Part shown: one piece after another, positions 26,881 to 38,689 of the stretch
How positions within the stretch are numbered: position 1 is the stretch's first letter
Layout of the letters: every line of letters starts with the position of its first letter
Assembly (NCBI RefSeq): GCF_006345805.1
Contig: NC_043017.1
Coordinates: forward strand, 4,340,001-4,404,000
DNA length: 64,000 bases
Reading direction: 5' to 3'
Source of the DNA: Octopus sinensis
Taxonomy: Eukaryota
Translations under genes and position numbers: made by a program
The notes under the pieces: generated by a model
Seen by the model: the letters and a program-made list of their open reading frames with translations, nothing else
The model's database searches: none
Told to the model about the DNA's origin: nothing

Positions 26881-27841
26881 AACATATTAAAAGCATACAT
26901 ATATTCCTACATATTTGTTTTTCATATGTGTGTGTGTATGTGCACAATAATTTGTGTGACATCACATACACTAAAACTAGGAACAAATTTTCTAAAAAAA
27001 GCAAACAAGCAAAAAAAAAAAAGAAGTACTCAGTACTTAGTTTAGAGCATATATTTAAAATGTTAAGTTACAATTCTGGCTTTCAACACTCTAATACCTT
27101 AACATTTTCTGTAGTTTGGACATTCTTCCAGACAAGAATATTAACTTTTAGAACTTGATCCACTGTGGGAAAGTAACAGTTCTAACAATTAATTTTCAGG
27201 TTTGAAGAATGTCCAAGGGACATGAGACTTCAATTATCATGATGCTATAAGCTGTAGCTGTAACCCAACACACACACACCCACACATGCTCCAGTCTGCT
27301 TGTAGTAACTGGATTGTGGTCTTATTGATGAAAATCACTTTGAAGAATATTAGTCAGTCATATTCAATCTTATACTGATTTTTAAGTCTAGTACTTGTCT
27401 TATCAATATGTATTGGACTATTTTGTTACAAGATGAAAAAACAAAACCTTGTTTTTTGGGGGGTTTTTTCACGTGTGTCTGTGTAAAGACAGGCCTAGAG
27501 ACTGACACATACAAAGACTTGCACATACAGTGTACTTACATACATACATATACACACACACACATATACACACACATATACACACCTAGGCATTAGGCTA
27601 TTGTAGAAGACACTTGCTCCAGATGTAATGCAGTGAGACTGGATCAGAGATCACAGACTTGTTGTGAAACAAACTTCTTCACCACAGACAGGCAGGCAAG
27701 CAGACAAACAGACACGTATATAGTTATCTACCTATATATATACCGGAGTAAACACATAAATGTGAAACAAGGTGGAAAAAAGAGTACTCAAATACCAGTG
27801 GTAGAGTAATATGCTTTATTTAAAGCAGCAGAAAATTCAAC

Positions 27842-27889
27842 AAAACCTGTTACTCTGAGTTTCACGTTCCCGTTCGTTGGACAGTTTTT
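27842..27889 (-). ncRNA. Inverted copy of the hammerhead motif, core reads CCAACGA (G5A, likely inactive)
   Basis: Reverse complement reads aaaaactgtCCAACGAacgggaacgtGAAActcagagTAacaggtttt. It is identical to the + copy except at position 27878, which corresponds to catalytic-core G5. Confidence 0.6.
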
Positions 27890-27900
27890 TCTAGAATAGC

Positions 27901-27948
27901 AAAAACTGTCCGACGAACGGGAACGTGAAACTCAGAGTAACAGGTTTT
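27901..27948 (+). ncRNA. Minimal type I hammerhead ribozyme motif (Penelope-like element type; U4C core variant)
   Basis: aaaaaCTGT-[C C G A C G A, 27910-27916]-stem II ACG/GGAA/CGT-[GAAA, 27927-27930]-stem III CTC/A/GAG-[T A, 27938-27939]-ACAGgtttt. Stem I is CTGT:ACAG, extended by aaaa:tttt. Predicted cleavage is after the GUA triplet (27939). All core nucleotides are present except U4, which is C. Confidence 0.7.
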
Positions 27949-27975
27949 GTTGAATTTTCTGCTGCTTTTAATAAA

Positions 27976-28016
<41 letters not shown>

Positions 28017-28723
28017 TGCACTCATAATCTGCATCTATTTCTCTACTGATACACACACACACAGAGGCTTAGACATATGTAATCTACGTCTATCAATGCA
28101 CCTAAATATTTATATACACACACAATCTACGACGGTCTGTCTGTCTGTCTGTCTATTCTACCCACACTTCCTCGCACACAGGAACTCTTCCCTCTCCTCT
28201 CTATGTGTTTAATCAGTTTAATGATGTTCAGCAATGTTTCCTTCCCAATCTTTGCTATGTATGGAACACAAGTTCTTTGGAAGTGTGTGTATATACGTAT
28301 ATATATATATATATGTATGTATATATATATATTATACACACACGCAATAATGTCTTCATATGCTATTTCTAAACTAACTGTTCCTCTGTCGGTGTTCATG
28401 TTCTTTGATTGCTTCAAGTATCCATGTAGCATGATATTCAACACTCTGCTACCACCACCACCACCACCACCACCACCTTTCTTTCTTTCTCTCTGTGTTC
28501 TAATTCTACTTTGGAATTTTCTTAGATTAACACTGCATTCAGAAATCTTTTTATCACTAAACATTTTCTCTTTCACTTATATCTCAGTCATTTTCTATAT
28601 TATTTGTTTTATCAGTCCCTTCCTTTCTCTCTATCTACTTATACACACACACTCACACACACACACCTACTTATACATACATATATATATATGTGTGTGT
28701 CTACTTATACACACACTTGTATG

Positions 28724-28754
<31 letters not shown>

Positions 28755-28829
28755 ATATATGTATATATATGTATATATATATGTATATATATGTATATAT
28801 ATGTATATATATGTATATATGTATGTATA

Positions 28830-28865
<36 letters not shown>

Positions 28866-28930
28866 TATGTATATATGTGTATATATGTATATATATATGT
28901 ATATATATGTATATATATATATATATTATA

Positions 28931-28968
<38 letters not shown>

Positions 28969-29139
28969 TATATATACACACACTAGTGTATACAGCTACA
29001 CACACACACATGTATACTAATATAGACATATGCATGTACATCATTAGGATGTTTGAATTATATTGATTATAATGGGAAACAAAAAGAAAAATCATCACAA
29101 GACACCATCTGAATTGGTTCAGATCTGAAATATAAAGGT

Positions 29140-29190
<51 letters not shown>

Positions 29191-29332
29191 GGTAAAATAT
29201 GAGTTAGAGGTTATGCAACCGTCTTAAGGGATAAATATATCTGTAGGCATTACTGGTGTATTACCTTACTATGTATAGTCCTAGCTCTAAGGTATACAGT
29301 AGTTGGTAATTTAAAGGTAAAACCGTGGTTTA

Positions 29333-29374
<42 letters not shown>

Positions 29375-29994
29375 AGAAAAGAAATGGAGCAATAATAAAC
29401 AAGGAAAAGTTGATCATTGGTATTAAAAGGTCATAGTTTAATTGTCATTAACAACATTATATATGATAATTATCAACACTGGATATCTCCACCAGGTATA
29501 TCTCCTTTGACTAACACCGCCGGTCAACTAGTCATCCCCCCCCCCCTTACTACATTCTTCTAATTGAAGAAACATACACACATGTAGAACCCAAAAGGTC
29601 ACTAAAATGTAGCCTAAAGACTTAACAAACTTTTTCCTTTTTCTTTTGCCTTTTCCTTTCATTTCCCTTTTGCTCCTATTTATATTCCTTTGCATCATTC
29701 TGATGATGTTTGTTAAATGGAACAAGATAAATGCAAATTTACTTTGATTTGATAAAAAGAAACAGCTGTAAATGGTTCTGAACTACAATTAAACTACGAC
29801 CTCTTAATAGCAATGATCAACTTCTCACTGTTTATTATTCCTCCGTTCCTTTTCTTTTCTATATATTATATATATATATTATATATATATATATATTATA
29901 TATATATTATATATTATATTACATTATACCATTCCATGAAGGTATGATCAACAAAATAAAGTACTCCATCTGGTGAAGCACCATCTGAATGTGA

Positions 29995-30243
29995 TCATTC
30001 CTCAGCCTTCTCTTATCATAGTCCTCCAGGCAATAATGGAGGAATTCAAGACAGGATACCCTGGGAGCTCCTCTATGCTGATGACCTTGCTCTAGTAGCT
30101 TAGTCACTATCAGAACTAGAGAAGTTTCAGGTGTGGAAGCAAAGTCTAGAATCGAAGGGCCTTGGAGTGAATCTAGCCAAAACCAAAGTCTTAGTAAGAA
30201 GGAAGGTAGACAAATCACTTCAGGTAGATGGCCCTGCTTGTAT
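29995..30243 (+). mobile_element. Decayed RTE reverse-transcriptase fragment (YADD motif)
   Basis: IIVLQAIMEEFKTG / frameshift / PWELLYADDLALVA*SLSELEKFQVWKQSLESKGLGVNLAKTKVLV. Confidence 0.85.
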
Positions 30244-30269
30244 ATGATATACATTGTATATACTATTTC

Positions 30270-30465
30270 CTTGAGAGATCACATCTGAAACAAGCAGATC
30301 AGAGAAAGAACTGGAGTAAAGGACTTTATTGTCGAATACTGTCTGAATTAAATCAGATAGGCCAGACATGTTGCATGGTGCACTGATAATCAGGGGACCT
30401 GGGTAGTTGTTGAGTGGTATCTGTGTGAGCACAAACGACCACTTGAAAGGCCCCCCCACACAGAT
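30270..30465 (+). mobile_element. Decayed RTE ORF2 C-terminal fragment of a different RTE family
   Basis: QIRERTGVKDFIVE...ARHVAWCTDNQGTWVVVEWYLCEHKRPLERPP resembles the RTE consensus IRxRTxVxD...WAGHVARxxDNRWTxxxxEWxPxxxKRPxGRPP. Confidence 0.6.
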
Positions 30466-31558
30466 AGATTGATGATTGTTTAACATCCGCTTTCCATGCT
30501 GGCATGGATTAGACAGTTTGACATTTGTGTGTCTGTCTTTCCATGCTAGCAATGATTCGATGGGGAAAGGATGTGAGGTAAGATTTGTGAGGCTGGATGC
30601 CCTTGCTGCAACCAATCATTATAATTTTTCAAGGAAATTTTAATTGCAGAGGAATTTGAAAGTGTAGAGCTTGTGGACAAGTTAATGACGGGAAATGTCA
30701 ACAAATGTCACTGGTCGATGTTTAGTTACAAATGGTGACATCACCGCCTGTCGTATAACTCAATGCAGATTAGAAACTCTCTCTCTCTCACACACACAAT
30801 GGGCTTACAAGGCATTAGTTGACTTAGTGGTCTAGTGGAAGATACTTGTCCAAAGTGCTGTGCAATTGGATTGAACTTGTGGCTAACTTACCAAATACAG
30901 CTAACTTATTGAATGTTCAACCTTGCCTGCTCTTAGTCTATGTGTGTGTGTATACATGTAAAGGTGTGTGTGTACAATATTCATCTGACTTTCTGGCAAC
31001 AAATTATGAATTGAGAGATATATGTATGTGTAAAACCAAAAAAAGGAAAAAAAATGGAGAGAGAGAGAGATGGGAAGGGTCTGGTGGAATGGTAAGACCT
31101 AATTATGTTGGCAACTGATGTATCTATAAAGATTGCAGGCAAGTCTCCAACTGTTCCTTATAAACTCTAATAGAATTAGAAGTGAAGAGTCCTGCCAACA
31201 TTACAGTTTAGAACATTTTTCAAATGTAATGCGACCACGACTATCACTTATTGAAAGCAACAAAGAAACTTATACATCAGTGGTTCTCAACCCTTTGTTT
31301 TCTGTCTTTTTTTACTCCATCCATCCTTTAAATTATGTTTCAAAATCCTATTCTCTCCTTTTCAAGATTGTGAGAGTCAAAAGTTGCATTTAAATAATAT
31401 GCATTTTTTCTCTTTTGCTAACAACTTGCAGATGCACGTGCTACCAGTTGAAAGCTCTGCATTACTGGTTGTTAGCAAGCTTATGGGATCATTAGGAGAG
31501 AATGTGTGCTGTTTTAGGGCTTTCTTCCTGAAATTCTTTTTGCTTTTGGAATTAATAC

Positions 31559-31810
31559 ATCATCATCATCATCGTTTAGCATCCGTTTTCCATGCTAGCA
31601 TGGGTTGGACAGTTCGACCAGGGTCTGGGAAGCCAGGAGGCTGCACCAGGCTCCAGTCTGATCTGGCAGTGTTTCTACAGCTGGATGCCCTTCCTAACGC
31701 CAACCACTCAGTGAGTGTAGTGGGTGCTTTTTGCATGCCACCAGCACAGGGAGAAGAGGAAGCTGGCAACGGCCACGATCGGTTGGTGATTTTTACGTGC
31801 TGCCGGCACA
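31559..31810 (-). mobile_element. RTE 3' UTR-derived repeat
   Basis: Same family as 12130 and 15848. Shorter copies at about 9690-9905(+), 17062-17235, 38453-38526, 50035-50115(+), 53346-53500 and 56440-56545. Confidence 0.8.
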
Positions 31811-32105
31811 TATACGTATACTTTAATTAGGATGATGTTTTATGATGGAGTTTTATAACCTAGTTGCACTGGAAGTGTTTTTGAGGCCTTTTTACAGTTG
31901 AAGCTTGCTTCCTTACATTATCTTAAAATTCAGATTTTGTTCCCAGTATTTTAGGTTGATGCTCCATCTAGGCAGCACCTACAGACATTATCCCATAAAA
32001 TATTCTCTAATCCCATGAATGTCAGACAAAATGAAACTTTTTCCAGAATACCTTCAGTCTTGGTAGCTGTGTCAGGAGGAGAACAAAAGAGTAACTCTTC
32101 TTTAA

Positions 32106-32326
32106 CCCTTTGGTGTTTAAACTGGCCAAATATGGCCCAATATATTCTACATATTTTATATTCAAACTGGCCATATCTAGCCTCTCACACCTAACCTACA
32201 ATGTCATTCTGAAAATAAACAATCACATCATTGAAACCTCAAAGCTATAAGATAATGCATGATTAATTCAAAGCAATTTAAATAAAAAAGCATTACATTT
32301 AACAGAATAATCTGAACACTAAAAGG
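32106..32326. mobile_element. piggyBac-type MITE, family 1
   Basis: TTAA|ccctttggtgtttaa ... ctgaacactaaaagg|TTAA. Confidence 0.82.
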
Positions 32327-32431
32327 TTAAATGAACCTGCCTGACTATATTTAGCAATCTGTTAGAAATGGCAGTCAAATCACTCTTGAATTGCATCCAT
32401 CATCAATAAAGGAAGGAGACTTTCATCTTAA

Positions 32432-32652
32432 CCCTTTAGTGTTCGCACTATTCTGCCAAAATTAATGCTTCTTCATCTACATTGTTTCGAACTAATCATG
32501 CATTATCTTGTAACTATGAGATTTTGATGAGGTAGCTGTTAATTTTTACAATGATATTGTAGGGCTGGTGTGAGAGACCAGATCTGGCCAGTTGGAACAT
32601 AAAACAGGCAGAATACATCTGGCCGGATATGGTCAGTTTAAATGCTAAAGGG
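32432..32652. mobile_element. piggyBac-type MITE, family 1, opposite orientation to 32106-32326
   Basis: TTAA|ccctttagtgttc ... tttaaatgctaaaggg|TTAA. A truncated copy also occurs at about 39585-39780. Confidence 0.85.
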
Positions 32653-33374
32653 TTAAACATAGAAAGAATACTATAGACAATCTGAAGTTGTTACCAGTTC
32701 AAATATACTTAAGATATAACTGAATCTGTAAGAAAGTCATTCACTGTATTTTGTCATAGAGAAAAATTTTTGCTGTAGATAAATTGGTGTAAACACACCT
32801 ATTTGTCAAAAGATAGGTGTAATCCATATTTTGTAGACAATCTAGTCCAACATATCCATGAAAAGATGGGACGATCAGTGCTGGATAACCTTTGATTAGG
32901 TTGGGCCCTGGGCTAAATAACAACTGCTAACTGTGTAGCTATTTAATAAAGTTTCTGTATTTCGAAGACAGAATTGAGTCAAGTTAATGTTTGCTGTGTA
33001 TTCTTGTATTCCTTGATTCTTTTATTGGTTTCAATCCTTGGACTTCAACCATTCTGGCACTTATCACTTTTAGTGATTTTAGTTGATTAGATCAAAGTTG
33101 CAACCTTCTCCCATACTTTGTTGGGCAGTTTTTTCTGTTGATTTCTGTTTATCAAAAGTCTTAAGTTCATTTTGGCATGAACATTGATATGGTTGTTCTG
33201 ATAAGATTTGCACAGCAGATATTTTTGGGTTAGTCACAAACAGATTGAGTTCGATTGGATTAAGGTATAACACTGATGACCAGATCCTGGTGTGATTTGT
33301 TCGAAATCTGTTGCTGGTATTTTGTAGTTTCATTTGCACCAATGTGTAATAGTGATTTGAAAATTTATCTGTTG

Positions 33375-33770
33375 GGTAGAATATCTAACCCTGAGATCTG
33401 TTTGCTTGAGAGAATAACTAGCTACCAGATCTAACTGTTACATAAAAAAGCTAGCTCTCAAAATGCTTGGTAATCGAGTAGAATAGCAAGCTACCTGGAC
33501 AACTGGTTGTTTAGTGTAATGGTTATTGACCAGATGATCTGGGTAGTCTGATAGAATAGCTAGTTACCAGATCAACTGGTAGTCTGATAGAATAGCTAGT
33601 TACCAGATCAACAGGTAGTCTGATAGAATGTTGCGTTACCAAGTCGTTTAGTTGACTGATAGAGTAGGAAGCCACCAGATCATCTGGTAGTCTGGTAGAA
33701 AACTAGACTACTCGTTCATTTGTTTATTAAACCAGCCATCAGATCTGGCTATGGAATAGATTAGCTGACT
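33375..33770. repeat. Degenerate 36-bp tandem array (about 10 units)
   Basis: Unit agtctgatagaatagctagttaccagatcaactggt. Best-preserved copies lie at 33545-33640. Confidence 0.8.
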
Positions 33771-35251
33771 GCTATAATATTTAATATTTGAGTGCTCAAT
33801 TACTAAAAAAAGCTGTCTTCAGTGAATAGATAGATACCAGATCTAGGAATATTACCTGTGATTGGTGGTGTATTCCATGGGATATTAATCTCTTATCCAA
33901 TTGACTCCAGAGCTAGCTAGGTATAAGTATCCAGGTAGCCTGAAATTTGGGGATAAGTGAACTTTACAGACTACCACACCACTTGTTCTCTAAAACATTT
34001 CCTAAATAAAGAATTTTTTTACTAATCTTGTGTTTAAAAATGAAACTTTTATTGCATCTATTCAGTGTTGCAGACAATTTCAGCTACACTCATCATCATC
34101 AGGTGTCTGGATAGGTACATAGTACTAAAATGAATTTGAAGTGGGGAACCTTTATATATTTTTATTACCTTTAGTTTCGAAATAAAGGTACTTGACTGAA
34201 TTGAAACTGTTTCTACTAAATAGGGTTTCTAGTTCAAATTCAGACTGTTTCTGTGTACATATCTAGGAATTAGACACTTGATGGGGATCAAAAATGTGGT
34301 TAATGGTCAGATATTTTGAAGGCAATCCCGTTCCTTTGACACTGGCCATTTTCTGGACTTTCACCCACCTTTCAGCAAACCTGTTAGATGACAACACTCT
34401 CCTATCCACCCTCACTTTCCTTTTCAAGTGAAACTTGAAAAAGTTGATGAGGGTTTGGCCAAAGAGGAAAATAATAATAATAATAATCCCCTCTACTATA
34501 ATAATAATAATAATCCTTTTTACTTAGATTTTTTTTTTACACGATGTGGGGTTAGTTAGTTACATTGGTCTTAATGCTTAACGGGTTTCTATCTCATTGA
34601 TTCCGATAGGATGATAACCTCAGCAGAATTTGAACTCAGAACTTAAAGGCAGATGAAATGCCACTAAGTATTTTGTCCAGTATGATAACAATTCTATCAG
34701 CTAACTACATTCTTAATAATAATAATAATTGCAACAACCACCGTGGATGTAATAAGATAGTCACATTCTAATTCAGGTATCAGGTACTGATCCATGCTTC
34801 TTGTAACCATTCTTCTTTTAACCCTCAACTTTTAACATCGAAACGATACTAATAACTAATCTGAGTGGATGAGAAAAATAAAACGAAACGAAAATATAAC
34901 AAAGAACTGCATTTCAACCAATCAGAATATTCGCTTTATTCTAACCTGTATGGACATTTAATTTCTAGTTTGACCGTTCTTGAGTGTGTGTTATTGTTTG
35001 TGTTGTTGTTGTTGTGTGTTTGTGTGTGTTTGGGCATGTGTTTTCTTCAAATCTAAATAAGTTTGTCAACTCTCTCTCTCCAAACTTCCGCAGTCTGTTG
35101 TTGTTGTTTGGTCTGATGCAATGGAATAGCAGAAGTGGCAGCTGGCTCTGAAGCGATGGTTGTTGATGGTGGGTCACTTTGTTTGGAAGTGGAACCTGTG
35201 ATCATGTGTCTTGTCTTAGCTTAGCTTTTGTGTACTTCATTTGCTTTCTAG

Positions 35252-35329
35252 CGAGTTTCCACCCTTCGTAGAAACCCAAGAATACGATGAGGATGAAGAC
35301 ATTTACAGTAACCTTAAAGAGATGGCATT
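35252..35329 (+). CDS. vav: Vav acidic-region exon 4b (phase 2-2, 78 nt), paralog of exon 4a
   Basis: ttgctttctAG | C GAG TTT CCA CCC TTC GTA GAA ACC CAA GAA TAC GAT GAG GAT GAA GAC ATT TAC AGT AAC CTT AAA GAG ATG GCA TT | GTAAGT = EFPPFVETQEYDEDEDIYSNLKEMA. EDIYSNL matches VAV1 EDIYSGL (Y142). Confidence 0.9.
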
Positions 35330-35688
35330 GTAAGTATTCTTTGAACCTTCAGACAATCTTGGAAATGACTTTGTAAATTTCTATCTTCTGTTTGGGAAGG
35401 GGAGTTGAACCTTGAACCTACTTTTTGAATTTGTATTCTGTACGTATTTATATGCTTTTATATATGCCTTATATATATATATATATGTAATATGTGTATG
35501 TATGTATATATATATATAGGGCTTCGAATGTCCCGTCCTGTGGTTCTTGTGTCGTCTCTGTGGTGTTTCATGTTCTTGTCCATGTCTGTAATTATTTTTA
35601 CTGTTTACCTATATATATATATATATATATATATATGTAATATGTGTATATATATATATAATTATATATATATTATATATATATTGTA

Positions 35689-35720
<32 letters not shown>

Positions 35721-35730
35721 GTAATATGTG

Positions 35731-35767
<37 letters not shown>

Positions 35768-35875
35768 ATATGTATATATATAATATATATATATATATAT
35801 GTAATATGTACATACATATATATATATGTAATGTGTGTATATATATATGTAATGTGTGTATATATATATGTAGTG

Positions 35876-35917
<42 letters not shown>

Positions 35918-35930
35918 GTGTATATATATA

Positions 35931-35973
<43 letters not shown>

Positions 35974-36188
35974 GTGTATATATGTATGTATGTATATGTA
36001 TATATATATAATATATTTTTTATATATTTGTTGTTGATGTAATATATATAAATTTTTGATATTTGAAAAAATGTATGTATATATATATGTATTTATCTTT
36101 TATATGTCATCAATGTTTATGTAAATAATGTTTTGATAATTGAAAAAAATGTGTATGTGTATCTCTCTCTCTATATACATATTTATAT

Positions 36189-36236
<48 letters not shown>

Positions 36237-37412
36237 ATAATATATATATTTAATATATATATATATATTTAATATATATATTTAATATATATAATATATA
36301 TATATATGTATATATATATAGCTGTGTTCTGAAGCACTTTAATTTTGCTTATATATCTTCTGTATTTCTATGTGTGTATATTTTAGTCAGTGTTTTGAAT
36401 TTGAATAGATTTAAACAAACTGCTGAAACCAAAATTGCAAAATAAGAAAATCTCTCTCTTTACATATATATATATTCATTCCTTAAAGTCATGCTATGAT
36501 GCATAGGTTTATAGGTTTCACCAAGTTAACAGCTTCTGAATAGAGAAACATTGAAGTTTTAAAAACAAGCTTAGAATATAATTTTCATTTTTTTTTTTTT
36601 TTCTTCTTTTTTTCTTGTTATTTCATTTATCAATGACAAATGTTAGAATAAATGTTATTCTGAAAATTATAGAAAATTTTCTTTGTTAAAACTATGTTTA
36701 CAGAGTTTGAAAATTCTGAGAGGATTTCTTGCAGTCTTTGGATTCCCATGCTGTGTATTGATCTGATATTGCTGTTGATGTTATTGCTGCTAATTTGACT
36801 TTTACTTCCCATTACTGAAAGCTCTTTTTTTTTCTTTTGTTTTTCATCATTATTACCCTTTTGGAAGCAATTCTCCGATTTCCATTGTTTTCCGTATTTG
36901 TTCTCCATTTCTCATGCATTGGCACAATGCTGAGTAGAGAAGAACTCATCCCCTGCTCCCTCGCTGCGGAGTCAGCAGCAGCTAAACCCATCCCATCCCA
37001 CTCCACCATTATCTTATTATCCTAATTTACAATTTTCTTTGCCAATAAAAGCTTCTTTGGCAGAACATCTCTGCAGCAGTTTCATTTAATTTCTCTTCTA
37101 CCTGAAACTGTTTACAGGTGTTTATCAAGAGCATAAGAGATCATTTTCCTTGTTGAAAGGGGTAAAAAAGAACAATAAGATCATTTATGCAAATTAATGA
37201 ATTTAATCTCTTTTTGTTTTCCTCCTCCTTTTCCTTCTGCTTTCTCTTCTTCAGTCATCTTTTGTATTCATCTTCTGTATCTGCTTCTATCATCTCCTCC
37301 CTCTGAAAATTCTTACGAGTTTTCAAGTTCACAGTGTCTGTCATGAACAAGACCTTGAAAATCTTTATTTAAAAACTGAACTAAAATTAAATTGAATGTT
37401 GTGACTTAGTAC

Positions 37413-37445
<33 letters not shown>

Positions 37446-37447
37446 GA

Positions 37448-37750
37448 AATACAAGGTAAGATAGGGGTTATGGGTGTAACCCACTAAGGGATAGTATTTA
37501 TCCAATATACCGTTGGTAAAGTACTCAGATTTTTAATACATAAATGTTTTTAATTGCAATGCAATTAACTCATTTATTGTATTAAACAGGTGAAGGTAAT
37601 GAAATATTTTTACCATAAGTTTATAATACAAATAAGAAAATGGAGAAACAAATTTAGTTTGTTCATCAACTTTCGGATATTATAATATTCTAATATTCAA
37701 AAGTTGATGAACAAACTAAACTTGTTTCTCTATTTTCTTATTTGTATTAT
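37448..37750. mobile_element. Microsatellite-flanked element ending in a 60-bp inverted repeat (unclassified, same architecture as 27739-27978)
   Basis: Arms 37623-37682 and 37691-37750 are reverse complements with 4 mismatches and an 8-nt loop. Flanked by (TA)n on the left and (TG)n on the right. Confidence 0.55.
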
Positions 37751-38301
37751 GTGTGTGTGTGTGTGTGTAGTTCTTGTGATGGATTAAACAGTAACTCTAA
37801 GTACGTTGACCATACCATACCATACCATCATGCTGTGCTGTTCTGTACTTTAGTTTCAGAGATGAAATGGAGTCAAAGCCATGAGTTCAAACTTGAAAAA
37901 AAACTGTTTGCTGATATTATTGTTGAAAGGTAAAAAAAAAAAAAAAGAGGAAAACAAAGAAGAAGAAAAAATAAAAGAGCAACAAAAAACAAAAGCAAAA
38001 TAATGAACAAAAACAAGCTCGTTTCTTCTGGGTCGGTCATCTGTTCTCTGATTAATTGGATTGCCAAAATATTTCGAGTGGTTCTCCCCCTCGGTTGCAC
38101 CAAACAATACCTTGAATTCATTAACCCTTTGTAATACTACTTCCATTTCAGATAAGTTCTGAGAGTGTCAGCCAGATTCCTTTTGCCAATCTTCCTCCTC
38201 CTCCTCTCCTTCCTCCTCACAACCAACCAACAGGATATCTCATGAATCAAAACTTTGCATTAGGGAATTATTTACATATTTGTACATTTTATATATATAT
38301 A

Positions 38302-38360
<59 letters not shown>

Positions 38361-38561
38361 TCATATATATATATATATGTATATATATATACATATATAT
38401 GTGTGTGTGTGTGTATGTATGTATATATATATATATATAGATATATAATCATTGTTGTTGTTTAACATCTGCTTTCCATGCTGGCATGGGTCGGATGGTT
38501 TAAGGACTGGCAAGCTGGGAGGCTGAAAATATGTACACACACACACACGCATATATATATA

Positions 38562-38607
<46 letters not shown>

Positions 38608-38635
38608 ACATTTTATGCATGTGTTCATGTATATA

Positions 38636-38689
<54 letters not shown>

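Larger units (their letters stand above)
27739..27978. mobile_element. TA-flanked element ending in a ~79-bp inverted repeat; probable Penelope-like retroelement remnant (inverted pseudo-LTR)
   Basis: Arms 27811-27889 and 27901-27978 are reverse complements with about 3 mismatches around an 11-nt loop. Flanked by (TA)n. Carries hammerhead motifs. Class assignment is inference. Confidence 0.6.

Noticed and set aside
28203-29066. 287-aa ORF and other long ORFs (26547-27158, 59793-61883, 63697-63952)
   Set aside because: They are translations of (TA)n, (ATT)n and (CT)n tracts, which lack stops in some frames.
37691-37735. TTGATGA...TAAAC hammerhead-like string in the second hairpin
   Set aside because: C3 and G12 are missing and no stem II or III can be formed.
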